Assembly (NCBI GenBank): GCA_030647775.1
Contig: JAUSJC010000010.1
Span: 264,927 to 328,926 of the forward strand
Direction of reading: 5' to 3'
Length of the DNA stretch: 64,000 nt
From: Candidatus Curtissbacteria bacterium
Lineage (GTDB): Bacteria > Patescibacteriota > Microgenomatia > Curtissbacterales > GWA2-41-24
Shown piece by piece: positions 29,344 through 38,165 of the stretch (the first letter of the stretch is position 1; each line of letters starts with the position of its first letter). The notes beneath the pieces are model-generated. The model ran no database searches. It was not told the origin of the DNA and saw nothing but the letters and a program-made list of their open reading frames with translations. Position numbers and translations under genes: made by a program.

Positions 29344-30299
29344 TTACCGGCGGTGCCGGCTTTATCGGGTCAGAGATTGTCAGACAACTTCTTGATGTGG
29401 GTTACATGGTTCGAGTTGCTGATAACTTGTCCAAAAAAAACGCTTCCGTCGACAAACGTGCCGAATTTATCAATGTCGATTTAACAGATTCCAGGAAGAC
29501 AAAAGCAGTTTTTAAAAATATTGATATCTGCATTAATGCCGCAGCAAAAATCGGAGGCATCGGCTACTTTCATAAATTCCCCGCCACAATCCTTTCGGAA
29601 AACAATAAAATTTATAGTTCCACTTTTGAGTCAGCTGTTGCCGCCGGTATCAAAAGGCTCGTTTATATTTCCTCTTCAATGGTATTTGAATCGGCGACAA
29701 AATTTCCGTCGGAAGAAGAAGACGTCACCAAAATTCCGCCCCCCGTCTCATCGTATGGGTTTTCAAAACTTTCCGGCGAATGGTATTGCCGATCTTTTTG
29801 GGACCAATACAGATTGCCATTTTCTATTTGCAGGCCATTTAATGCTTATGGCATCAACGAATTTCCGGAAAGGGAAGTCGGTTACGCGCACGTTATTCCG
29901 GACTTAGTCAGAAAAATTGTAGAAGGTCAGTATCCCTTAGAAATGCTCGGAGACGGAAAACAAACCCGCTGCTTTACTCATGTTTCAGATGTTGCCGACG
30001 GCATAATAACAGTTGCGCTTCACCCAAATGGCCAAAACCAGGATTTTAATATCGGTTCCGATAAAGAAATAAAAATGATAGATTTGGCAGAGAAGATTTG
30101 GGACGTTATGGAAATTAAAAAGCCATTCAAAGTCAAGTTTGTAAAGGGCTTTAAGTATGATATAAGGAAAAGGGTACCAAACGTTCAAAAGGCTAAAAAG
30201 CTAATTAACTGGGAACCCAAAGTAAAATTTGATGATGGACTAAAGGAGGTAATAACTTGGCTGCAAGAGAAAAAAGCAGAAGGAAAATTTCAAAGGTAA
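29322..30299 (+). CDS. NAD-dependent nucleotide-sugar epimerase/dehydratase
   Basis: TGGAGFIG, YGFSK, RPFNAYG, GDGKQTRCFT. Confidence 0.9.
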   Translation: MAKTKFLVTGGAGFIGSEIVRQLLDVGYMVRVADNLSKKNASVDKRAEFINVDLTDSRKTKAVFKNIDICINAAAKIGGIGYFHKFPATILSENNKIYSSTFESAVAAGIKRLVYISSSMVFESATKFPSEEEDVTKIPPPVSSYGFSKLSGEWYCRSFWDQYRLPFSICRPFNAYGINEFPEREVGYAHVIPDLVRKIVEGQYPLEMLGDGKQTRCFTHVSDVADGIITVALHPNGQNQDFNIGSDKEIKMIDLAEKIWDVMEIKKPFKVKFVKGFKYDIRKRVPNVQKAKKLINWEPKVKFDDGLKEVITWLQEKKAEGKFQR

Positions 30300-31564
30300 C
30301 GGTTTCCGTAATCGGAATAGGCAGAGTTGGTCTTCCGCTTGCGCTATTTCTGGCTGAATCTGGTCATTTCGTTTACGGTCTAGATGTAGACCAGGGAAAG
30401 GTGAACACTATTCTAAAGGGGGTAATGCCTTTCTTGGAAGAAGGAGCTCCCGAGCTTCTTAAAAAACATATTTCTAAAAACTTTGTTCCAACGACAAATT
30501 TTTCAAGCGTTGCCAAATCCCAAGTCATTATCTTAACTCTGGGAACTCCTGTTGATGAAAACATGAATCCAAGTTTAGTCCAAATTGATAAAACTCTGGA
30601 AAATATTAAACCCCACCTTAAAAAAGGCCAACTCTTAATTTTAAGATCAACCGTTTCTCCGGGGACCACGGATTATGTTAATTTTTATCTTAAGGAATTA
30701 GGTTTTAAAGTAGGGACAAATTTTTTCCTTGCGTTTTGTCCGGAGAGAATAGCCGAAGGAAAATCCCTTCAGGAACTGGCGCAGCTTCCGCAAATAGTTG
30801 GCGGCGTAGAAAGAGTAAGTACGCAAAGAGCCTCTGAATTTTTTCAAAAACTCGGCATTACAGTCAACAAATCCGACGCAGTTTCGGCAGAACTCGCCAA
30901 ACTGTTTACCAATATGTACCGTTATATTAATTTTGCTATCGCCAACGAATTTATGATCCTTGCCGGTAACAACCACCGTGATATTTACCAAATCGTTGAT
31001 CTTGTGAACAAAAATTACAAAAGGGGAGGGCTTGCCCTTCCAGGCTTGACCGGCGGTCCATGTCTTTTTAAAGACGGTTTCTTTTTGGTTGGCGACGTTC
31101 CGTTTGCCGATCTTATCGTTACCAGTTGGAAAATTAACGAATCAATTCCTCTGTTTCTCATCAAGAAAGTCAGGGAAAGAATAAGGCTGGAAGGTAAAAA
31201 AGCTGCCATTCTCGGACTTGCCTTTAAAGCGGAAATCGACGACACTCGCGAATCTTTATCCTTCAAGGTTAAAAAAGCCCTCGAAAGGGAAAGGGCCAAA
31301 GTTTTCTTGCATGACCCCTATGTGCCTGGTTATCAAAATGATCTCGATGAAACCTTAAGGGGGGCAGATCTTATCTTTTTGGCAACAAATCATTCATTCT
31401 ACCGCAAAATGGATATTGCCAAAGTCAAGAAATTAGTTTCCAAAAATTGCATAATTTGTGATGTCTGGAACGTTTTTAAAACCAATAAAATAATTTTCAC
31501 CATTAAATCACTTGAATTCCATCTCAATAAAAACTCCGAGGAAGGCTTGGGAGATATCTTCTAA
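30257..31564 (+). CDS. Nucleotide-sugar (UDP-HexNAc-type) dehydrogenase
   Basis: GIGRVG, FCPER, AELAKL, GGPCL; TTG start preceded by AAGGAGGT. Confidence 0.88.
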   Translation: MAAREKSRRKISKVTVSVIGIGRVGLPLALFLAESGHFVYGLDVDQGKVNTILKGVMPFLEEGAPELLKKHISKNFVPTTNFSSVAKSQVIILTLGTPVDENMNPSLVQIDKTLENIKPHLKKGQLLILRSTVSPGTTDYVNFYLKELGFKVGTNFFLAFCPERIAEGKSLQELAQLPQIVGGVERVSTQRASEFFQKLGITVNKSDAVSAELAKLFTNMYRYINFAIANEFMILAGNNHRDIYQIVDLVNKNYKRGGLALPGLTGGPCLFKDGFFLVGDVPFADLIVTSWKINESIPLFLIKKVRERIRLEGKKAAILGLAFKAEIDDTRESLSFKVKKALERERAKVFLHDPYVPGYQNDLDETLRGADLIFLATNHSFYRKMDIAKVKKLVSKNCIICDVWNVFKTNKIIFTIKSLEFHLNKNSEEGLGDIF

Positions 31565-31567
31565 AAC

Positions 31568-31597
31568 TTGCAATTTACTCAAAAAGTAATATAAAAT
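31568..31597 (+). promoter_or_regulatory. Candidate promoter for the structured leader
   Basis: TTGCAA-18bp-TAAAAT. Confidence 0.45.
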
Positions 31598-31647
31598 TAC
31601 CAAGACGAAAAAAGCAAAGATTTTCTTTGCAAAATAGAGTGATGCCA

Positions 31648-31744
31648 GAACTGTTCCTGTATTAGGGGCAAGCGCGGTACTTCCACCGCAATGTAGAGCA
31701 TCCGCAACCCAGAAGCGAAAGCACGCCGGGTGCCAGGAAGTTTC
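31648..31744 (+). ncRNA. Structured leader RNA, candidate divergent c-di-GMP-I (GEMM-I)-like riboswitch aptamer
   Basis: Three-way junction: UUCCUG/CAGGAA, GCGGU/ACCGC, GCAUCCG/CGGGUGC; GGGGCAAG, AAUGUAGAGC and GCCGGGUGCC resemble GEMM landmarks. Confidence 0.6.
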
Positions 31745-31758
31745 AATATAATTGACTC

Positions 31759-31786
31759 GTCCTCTCCGCTTCGAGAGGACTTTTTT
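31759..31786 (+). terminator. Intrinsic terminator in the 5' leader (expression platform)
   Basis: GTCCTCTC-cgcttc-GAGAGGAC followed by T6, upstream of the likely start codon. Confidence 0.85.
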
Positions 31787-31828
31787 GTTCTTCCACAAAA
31801 AACGCCCGGTACACGAAAGGAAAAATCA

Positions 31829-32617
31829 GTGGAATCTGATCGTTTACGCGCACCGAGCGCAACTATTGCCAATATCAAGAATCAAGCCAAAAAAGTAGGG
31901 CGACCATTGGCCGCCGCTATTATGGCTTTCTCGGGGCAAGTATATGGCGGAGGCCCTTCCGAAGTCAAGGCCGATGATGATGGCCTTGCCCAACAGACAC
32001 TTTCCTCGCAGAGTTTGGAGGTAAATCCCTTTGGCCCGACAGGCCCAGACATTGGAATTCCCTTCCATCCCGCTCTTTCCGAGCAGCAAATAAAAGAAGC
32101 AGTCTTTGCACTCGAATTCCAAGATGTGATGCGCCGGGCCGAACAAGCTGATTTACCAGCCTTTTTTTCTCCAATTTCCTATGCTGCTAAAAGGGGTCAA
32201 GCGCAACTTATGGAAGACCTGAAAGTTTATTATCCCATATATAAAGCGGTAGGAGATAAGTTTGGTCACGATTGGTTTCTCATATGGATTATCCACGAGG
32301 TCGAAAGTTTAGCATCCCAACACCCGGATGTGGTAAATGGTACCTCTTATCACATCGGAGCAGGACAACGAGCGCCAGGTTGGTCCGAATCTGTTGTTGA
32401 CGAAGCTTCCTCGGGTTTAGAATACCTTGCGTTGCTACCTCAAAGACTGCCAAATGACTGGCGGGAGTTGGCTTTTACTGGATGGCATCTTAGAAATGTT
32501 ACCGAGGATGGTACTGTTCTAGGATCACTTAGGGAATACAGTGCTGCTTGGCATGGAGAATTGCGTTACATAATCTTTTTGGACCTCAAGAAAATCTTTG
32601 ACGCTCCGATCAATTAG
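31829..32617 (+). CDS. Divergent lytic transglycosylase (SLT/lysozyme-like) protein, probably exported
   Basis: IYKAVGDKFGHDWFLIWIIHEVES (motif I, ES), GAGQ (motif II-like), LREYSA (motif III-like); GTG 31829 with GAAAGGA 7 nt upstream. Confidence 0.65.
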   Translation: MESDRLRAPSATIANIKNQAKKVGRPLAAAIMAFSGQVYGGGPSEVKADDDGLAQQTLSSQSLEVNPFGPTGPDIGIPFHPALSEQQIKEAVFALEFQDVMRRAEQADLPAFFSPISYAAKRGQAQLMEDLKVYYPIYKAVGDKFGHDWFLIWIIHEVESLASQHPDVVNGTSYHIGAGQRAPGWSESVVDEASSGLEYLALLPQRLPNDWRELAFTGWHLRNVTEDGTVLGSLREYSAAWHGELRYIIFLDLKKIFDAPIN

Positions 32618-32626
32618 CATTACAAT
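32598..32626 (+). promoter_or_regulatory. Sigma70 promoter, leaderless transcript
   Basis: TTGACG-17bp-TACAAT, 6 nt before ATG 32633. Confidence 0.7.
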
Positions 32627-32632
32627 CTATCC

Positions 32633-33382
32633 ATGCGTCTTTCCATCGTTATGCCTGTTTACAATGAAGGGGAAATTATCCCCGAGACAGTAAAACGGAT
32701 TCATGAACAAGTCAAAACGCCGTTTGAACTCTTAATTGTCTACGATATGGAAGGAGATACCACTGTTGACGCCGTAAAAAAAATCCGGAATAAATACAAA
32801 AGTGCAAAGTTAGTCAAAAATATTTATGGCAGGGGAGCATTAAATGCCATTAAAACCGGTTTTACAAAAGCAAAAGGCGATGCCGTTTGTGTCATGATGG
32901 CCGATTTAACCGACGACCCGCAAACCTTAAACGAAATGATGAGGAAATTTGACGCAGGTTTTGATATTGTCTCCGGTTCCCGCTATATGCCCGGCGGCAA
33001 ACAAATCGGAGGTCCTTTTTTGAAGCAGCTTATGTCAAAAACTGCCGGCATTAGTCTCCACTTTCTTGCGGGCATTCCCACGTGGGATCCAACCAACTCT
33101 TTCAGGCTCTATTCCAGCAGATTTCTAAAAAAGGCCAAGATCGAATCAAACGGAGGATTCGAACTTGGCATAGAATTAACAGTAAAAGCCTATTTCGGCG
33201 GTTATAAAGTTACCGAGGTCCCGACAACCTGGGATTATCTCTCAAAGGAATCAAGATTTCTGCTTAAAAAATGGCTGCCGAAATATTTAAAATGGTATCT
33301 CTGGGCGCTTGAAAAAAGATTGCAGGGATATCCGATTTCGAGTTTACGAGAAACAAGCTCTCTTAAAAAAAGTGTAAAATGA
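32633..33382 (+). CDS. GT2 (Dpm1-like) glycosyltransferase
   Basis: SIVMPVYNE, MADL.D, SGSRY..GG, D.TNSFRLY, EVPT. Confidence 0.88.
   Translation: MRLSIVMPVYNEGEIIPETVKRIHEQVKTPFELLIVYDMEGDTTVDAVKKIRNKYKSAKLVKNIYGRGALNAIKTGFTKAKGDAVCVMMADLTDDPQTLNEMMRKFDAGFDIVSGSRYMPGGKQIGGPFLKQLMSKTAGISLHFLAGIPTWDPTNSFRLYSSRFLKKAKIESNGGFELGIELTVKAYFGGYKVTEVPTTWDYLSKESRFLLKKWLPKYLKWYLWALEKRLQGYPISSLRETSSLKKSVK
33335..33364 (+). repeat. 30-nt in-frame hairpin element, copy 1
   Basis: ATTTCGAGTTTACGAGAAACAAGCTCTCTT; 27/30 identical to 35902-35931. Confidence 0.8.
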
Positions 33383-34764
33383 CACGAAAAAATTGGTGGA
33401 TCTTTCCATCTATTTTTATTCTTTCCTTAATCATTTTCAGCCAAAGTCTAACCTATTATTTTTTTCAAGATGACTGGTTTGTTCTAAACTGGATAAGGAC
33501 AGGGAATCTTTTCTCGTTCTTCTCTTTCAGGACAGATATCATTTATTGGCGGCCGCTTTCAATGCCCATTTTTTTCTTCATTGGGAAACAATTGTTTGGT
33601 TTAAACCCGCTTGGTTTTCATATACTCGCTTTCCTAATTCACTTTATAAACATTATATTAGTCTATCTCTTAATAAGACAGCTCAAATTTGAAAAAACAC
33701 TTTCCTATTTTGCAGCTTTCATCTGGGGGACAGCGGCTTTTCATTTTGTACCATTGTCTTGGTTGTCAACTACGTCATACATAATTGGACCTACTTTTAT
33801 CCTATCTTCAATTATTTTTTTCTTAAAATCAAAAATAAAAACGTCTTTTCTCTTTTTTCTTCTTGGCCTTTTGACAAGCGAATTAACGCTAGTCACGATT
33901 CCACTTATTGTTCTTGTCGACGAAAATATTAGGAAAAAGTTTAAAAACCTATTACCGTTTCTAATAGCGGTGGTTCCATATCTTGTGGTTCGATTTTTTA
34001 TCTTCCCGGTTCCGGCTAGTGGAGCTTATGCTATTGCACCAAGAAAAAAGATTATTTCGAATCTCTTGTGGTATTTTGCCTGGACTTTTAATGTTGCCGA
34101 AAGATTTTCGACTATTTTTTACCTCTCAACTGTTAAAAGCGCCGCTGGCTATTTTAAGGATTTTTTTAAACTTTTAATTGGGCCGCTTATTTTGATGCTC
34201 ACATTTTGGCTGCTAACCTTGTCGCTAAAACCAAACCTTAAAATTCTAGCGAGGGGATTTGGCTGGTTTATTATTGGTTTGTCACCTGTTATTTTTCTGC
34301 CCGATCATGCTTATGCCATGTATTTGCCTATAGCGTCTCTGGGCATCATTTATATATTTTGCGCTGCTCTTGAGAAAGCCAAACGGTTCCGGCCCCCAAT
34401 AATGGCAGTAGTCGCGCTACTGTGGTTTATCTCCTCTTTCTTAACCGTAGACCTGTTAAGATCGAATCACTGGATCGGGAACGAGCAGGCGGCCTCCAGG
34501 GCTTATATGGATTTTCTCAAAAAAGAAATAAGGACCCCGCCTCATGGATCAATTTTCATATTTCGAAACCCAGTTGGAAATATCTCCGCAACAAACGGTT
34601 TTACCCTCCACGATTCCGAAAGTACTCTTTATCAATCCTTGAATGCTTCTGCAGCGGTCCAAGTATTATATGACGATTCTACACTGACAAGTTTCTTCCC
34701 GAAAGCGAACCAAAAAGTTGAATTTAACCAAAATCAGCCGGTTTTTGAAATAGTGCCAAAATAG
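33379..34764 (+). CDS. Multi-TM GT-C-like membrane protein
   Basis: FFQDDW, YWRPL, FGLNP.GFH...L.H..N motifs. Confidence 0.75.
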   Translation: MTRKNWWIFPSIFILSLIIFSQSLTYYFFQDDWFVLNWIRTGNLFSFFSFRTDIIYWRPLSMPIFFFIGKQLFGLNPLGFHILAFLIHFINIILVYLLIRQLKFEKTLSYFAAFIWGTAAFHFVPLSWLSTTSYIIGPTFILSSIIFFLKSKIKTSFLFFLLGLLTSELTLVTIPLIVLVDENIRKKFKNLLPFLIAVVPYLVVRFFIFPVPASGAYAIAPRKKIISNLLWYFAWTFNVAERFSTIFYLSTVKSAAGYFKDFFKLLIGPLILMLTFWLLTLSLKPNLKILARGFGWFIIGLSPVIFLPDHAYAMYLPIASLGIIYIFCAALEKAKRFRPPIMAVVALLWFISSFLTVDLLRSNHWIGNEQAASRAYMDFLKKEIRTPPHGSIFIFRNPVGNISATNGFTLHDSESTLYQSLNASAAVQVLYDDSTLTSFFPKANQKVEFNQNQPVFEIVPK

Positions 34765-34795
34765 GGAAATACATTGAGTTTAAGTTTAATATAAT

Positions 34796-34881
34796 AAGGA
34801 AGGAGTATCCTTCCTTGCGAGAATTTTGCTACTATTGAAATCGTTGTTTCAGTAGTGCTCCATTCTCTAAGGGAAGGAGTA
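34796..34881. other. Intergenic element with two mutually exclusive hairpins
   Basis: Direct repeat GGAAGGAGTA (34798, 34872); both copies can pair with TCCTTCC at 34808. Confidence 0.6.
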
Positions 34882-34899
34882 AACTGTCGGATTAACCTT

Positions 34900-36705
34900 A
34901 TGAAAAAGAATCTTATTTTGAACGAAAATCAGAGAACCACGGCCTTTAGACCGTGGGAATCTATTTTTATTATCTTCTTGTTTTTTTTCTCAATTATTAT
35001 CTCAAGCCCTTTTCTAAAACCCGGATTTTATACGGTGCATGATGATCAGCAATTCGCCAGGCTTTTCGAATTTGATAAATCTCTAAGATCCGGTCAAGTC
35101 CCGCCGCGTTGGGTCGAAGACTTAGGCTTTGGTTTTGGCTATCCGCTGTTTGTATTTTATCCGCCGCTTGTCTATTTTTTGGGAGAGGCGTTTCATCTTG
35201 CTGGTTGGGGATATATCGATTCGATAAAACTTGTCTTTTTTATATCAGTATTCGGATCGGCAGTTGCCATGTACATTTTGACTAGAGAATTCTGGGGGAA
35301 GCTCGAGGCCTTTACCTCCAGCATGTTTTACATCTTCGCTCCTTATAGAGCTCTTGATATCTACGTTAGAGGGGCCTTAGCGGAAAGTTTTTCATTTGTT
35401 TGGCTGCCTCTTCTCTTCTGGTCATTTTACAAGCTGCAAAAAACCCAAAAGCCAGTCTATATTATAGCTTCCGGGTCTTTTTTGGCTCTCCTTATGCTCA
35501 CCCATAATTTAATATTTATTCCTTTCATGCTGATTCTTCCTATTTTCCTCCTTTTCCTTCTTTGGCAATCTAAAAGCAAAAAGCTATTCCTAATTGGAAG
35601 TCTTATTTCTTTTATTATTGCTTTTGGAGCCAGTGCCTTTTTTTGGATACCGGCACTTTTGGAAAAAAGATTTACAATCGTTGACCAATTACTTTTAGTT
35701 AATCTTGCCGATTTTCGAATGCATTTTGTTTATCCCGAGCAACTCTGGAATTGGCCATGGGGCTTTGGCGGTTCAGCGCCCGGACTAACAGACGGCATCT
35801 CTTTCAAAATAGGTAAGCTCCACGTTATTGTCTCACTTCTTGCATTTAGCTTAACAATACTACAGCTTGTCAAAGACAAGATAAAATCAAAACAATCAAC
35901 TATTTCGAGTCCACGAGAAACAAGCGCTCTTATATTTTTTGCCCTATTCTTATTTTCGGCATTTATGACCACATCTTACTCGCAGTTGATCTGGGATTTT
36001 ATACCCCCTCTTGCCTATCTTCAATTCCCTTGGCGTTTTCTGACATTTGTTATTCTGACAGGTTCAATCTTGGCAGGTGCCTTTATCTATTTTTTAAGGC
36101 TAGAGATTTTAAAAATAGTTTTTTCGGTACTTTTAATCTCTCTTTTAATTTTTCCGAACCTTAAGCTTTTTAAGCCCCAGACCTACAGGGAAAATTTAAC
36201 GGACAAAATTGTGACCTCAAAGGAGGTCATTAATTGGGATGTTTCATCATCGTCATTTGAGTACGCGCCAAAAGGCGTCGAGCTTTATAAAAATAGCCGG
36301 GGAGCCAATGTCATCAAAATTGAAAAATCCCAAATCCCCAAGGAAAAACTAGAAATTTTATCAGGGGTAGCCCAAATTAATTTGTCAAAAAATAATCCGT
36401 CGGATTTAGAGTTTGATATCAATGCCAAAGAAGACACTAAACTCAAAGCAAACATTTTTTCCTTTCCGGGATGGCAATTAAAAATTGATGGGAATCTGTC
36501 ACCAATTAACGACGATAACAACCTTAAGTTGATCACATTCAATATTCCGTCGGGGTTGCACCATGTAGAACTCGCCTTCAAAAACAGCCTGGTCATAAGT
36601 CTAGCAAACTTGATAACGCTTATGACACTGGTGGCACTTGTAATAATTATTATGTTTAGGAATAATCAACGAGTTAAAACAAAACTAAAATATGTCAGAC
36701 CCTGA
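34900..36705 (+). CDS. PTPS-related/YfhO-like GT-C membrane protein
   Basis: HDD, PPRW...LG.G.GYPLF.FYPPL, YVRGALAE, QFPWR, FPGW. Confidence 0.82.
   Translation: MKKNLILNENQRTTAFRPWESIFIIFLFFFSIIISSPFLKPGFYTVHDDQQFARLFEFDKSLRSGQVPPRWVEDLGFGFGYPLFVFYPPLVYFLGEAFHLAGWGYIDSIKLVFFISVFGSAVAMYILTREFWGKLEAFTSSMFYIFAPYRALDIYVRGALAESFSFVWLPLLFWSFYKLQKTQKPVYIIASGSFLALLMLTHNLIFIPFMLILPIFLLFLLWQSKSKKLFLIGSLISFIIAFGASAFFWIPALLEKRFTIVDQLLLVNLADFRMHFVYPEQLWNWPWGFGGSAPGLTDGISFKIGKLHVIVSLLAFSLTILQLVKDKIKSKQSTISSPRETSALIFFALFLFSAFMTTSYSQLIWDFIPPLAYLQFPWRFLTFVILTGSILAGAFIYFLRLEILKIVFSVLLISLLIFPNLKLFKPQTYRENLTDKIVTSKEVINWDVSSSSFEYAPKGVELYKNSRGANVIKIEKSQIPKEKLEILSGVAQINLSKNNPSDLEFDINAKEDTKLKANIFSFPGWQLKIDGNLSPINDDNNLKLITFNIPSGLHHVELAFKNSLVISLANLITLMTLVALVIIIMFRNNQRVKTKLKYVRP
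35902..35931 (+). repeat. 30-nt in-frame hairpin element, copy 2
   Basis: ATTTCGAGTCCACGAGAAACAAGCGCTCTT in an inter-TM loop. Confidence 0.8.
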
Positions 36706-38164
36706 TTTTGAACTGGATATCGAACTTATCACCAAAAGAGCTATTTCCGGAGTTGTTACCTTTACCCTAAGGACATTTTTCCTCCAGATATTCACTTTCT
36801 TTGCCACCTTTATTTTAACTATTCTCCTTGAGCCCTCAATTTTCGGAATTTTCTTTGTCGTTTCTGCTCTTTTAAATTTCTTGGTTTACTTTTCGGATAT
36901 TGGTCTGGCTGCTGCTCTCATTCAGAAAAAAGAAAAGCCGACCGAAGAAGATTTGGCAACAACTTTCACAATTCAACAGGTCATAATTTTAACTCTCGTC
37001 ACAGTAGGCTTATTGTTCTCTTCCCAAGTAGCCAAGTTCTATAATTTAGACGCGAATGGTCTGCAGCTTTTAAGAGTCCTTATTTTTTCGCTGGTCCTCT
37101 CGTCACTGAAAACAATTCCCTCTATTATTCTTGAGCGCCAGTTGAAATTTAGCCGGCTTGTCATTCCCCAAATACTGGAAAACGTTGCCTTTTATACTGT
37201 CGCGGTCGTGCTTGCTTATCTCAAATTTGGTATAGCCGCCTTTACTTGGGCAGTTCTGGCAAGGGGTATCACGGGCCTCGTTACGATCTACATTCTTTCC
37301 CCGTGGATTCCAAAGCTATCCTTCAATAAAGCCGTTGCAAAAAGTCTCACGTCATTTGGTGTACCTTTCCAGTTAAATAGCATCCTTGCTCTCCTAAAAG
37401 ATGATTTGCTCACAGTTTTTTTGGGAAAAATCTTGTCATTCACCCAAATCGGTTACATTGGCTGGGCACAAAAATGGGCCTTCATTCCACTGCGATTTTT
37501 TATGGACAATGTTAACAAAGTTACCTTCCCCGCTTACTCCCGAATGCAATCACATTCGGAAAAACTCGGCAAAGCCATTGAGAAATCAATATTTTTCGTC
37601 ACTTATTTTGTCTACCCGTCAGTTTTTGGAATGGCCGCCATTGCTCCAAAAGTCATAGATATAATCCCCAAATATGGCAAATGGGAACCTGCCCTTCCTC
37701 TCCTATATCTTTTTGGTGTAAATGCTATTTTCTCGGCAGTTTCTACAACTTTTACTAATGCTCTTTTTGCAACGGGTCGTCCTAAGATAGTCTTAAAATT
37801 CATGGTCTTTTGGACAACTTCAACTTGGCTCCTTACTTATCCATTGGTTTCCAAATTTGGGTACGTCGGGGTGGGTATTGCTTCTGCAATCGTCGCCGTA
37901 ACTTCGATTGCCACGGTTTACTTTGTCAAAAAAGAAATCCCCATTTCTGTCGGCAAAAGCATAATCGGACCACTAGCCATATCCATTACTATGTTCTTAG
38001 TAGTTAAATCCCTCCAAAATGTCCTAGTGCCCAACCTACTTGGCTTAATTATTACAATCATAAGCGGAGTCGTTGTCTATATTATTCTCTCGTTCGCGGT
38101 TTTCCGCAGACACCTGTTTGAAGATGCTATGATTATTATTAAATCTCTGCTCTCCAAATCTTAA
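36692..38164 (+). CDS. wzx: Wzx-type oligosaccharide flippase
   Basis: SDIGLAAALIQKKE, V.FPAYSR; many TMs. Confidence 0.88.
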   Translation: MSDPDFELDIELITKRAISGVVTFTLRTFFLQIFTFFATFILTILLEPSIFGIFFVVSALLNFLVYFSDIGLAAALIQKKEKPTEEDLATTFTIQQVIILTLVTVGLLFSSQVAKFYNLDANGLQLLRVLIFSLVLSSLKTIPSIILERQLKFSRLVIPQILENVAFYTVAVVLAYLKFGIAAFTWAVLARGITGLVTIYILSPWIPKLSFNKAVAKSLTSFGVPFQLNSILALLKDDLLTVFLGKILSFTQIGYIGWAQKWAFIPLRFFMDNVNKVTFPAYSRMQSHSEKLGKAIEKSIFFVTYFVYPSVFGMAAIAPKVIDIIPKYGKWEPALPLLYLFGVNAIFSAVSTTFTNALFATGRPKIVLKFMVFWTTSTWLLTYPLVSKFGYVGVGIASAIVAVTSIATVYFVKKEIPISVGKSIIGPLAISITMFLVVKSLQNVLVPNLLGLIITIISGVVVYIILSFAVFRRHLFEDAMIIIKSLLSKS

Positions 38165-38165
38165 A

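Noticed and set aside
31648-31744. tRNA or c-di-AMP (ydaO) riboswitch
   Set aside because: No cloverleaf or TTCRA T-loop; the ydaO landmark sequences were not recognisable.
31730-31828. N-terminal extension of the SLT-like ORF from GTG 31730
   Set aside because: Lies inside the aptamer and terminator; GTG 31829 has an SD.
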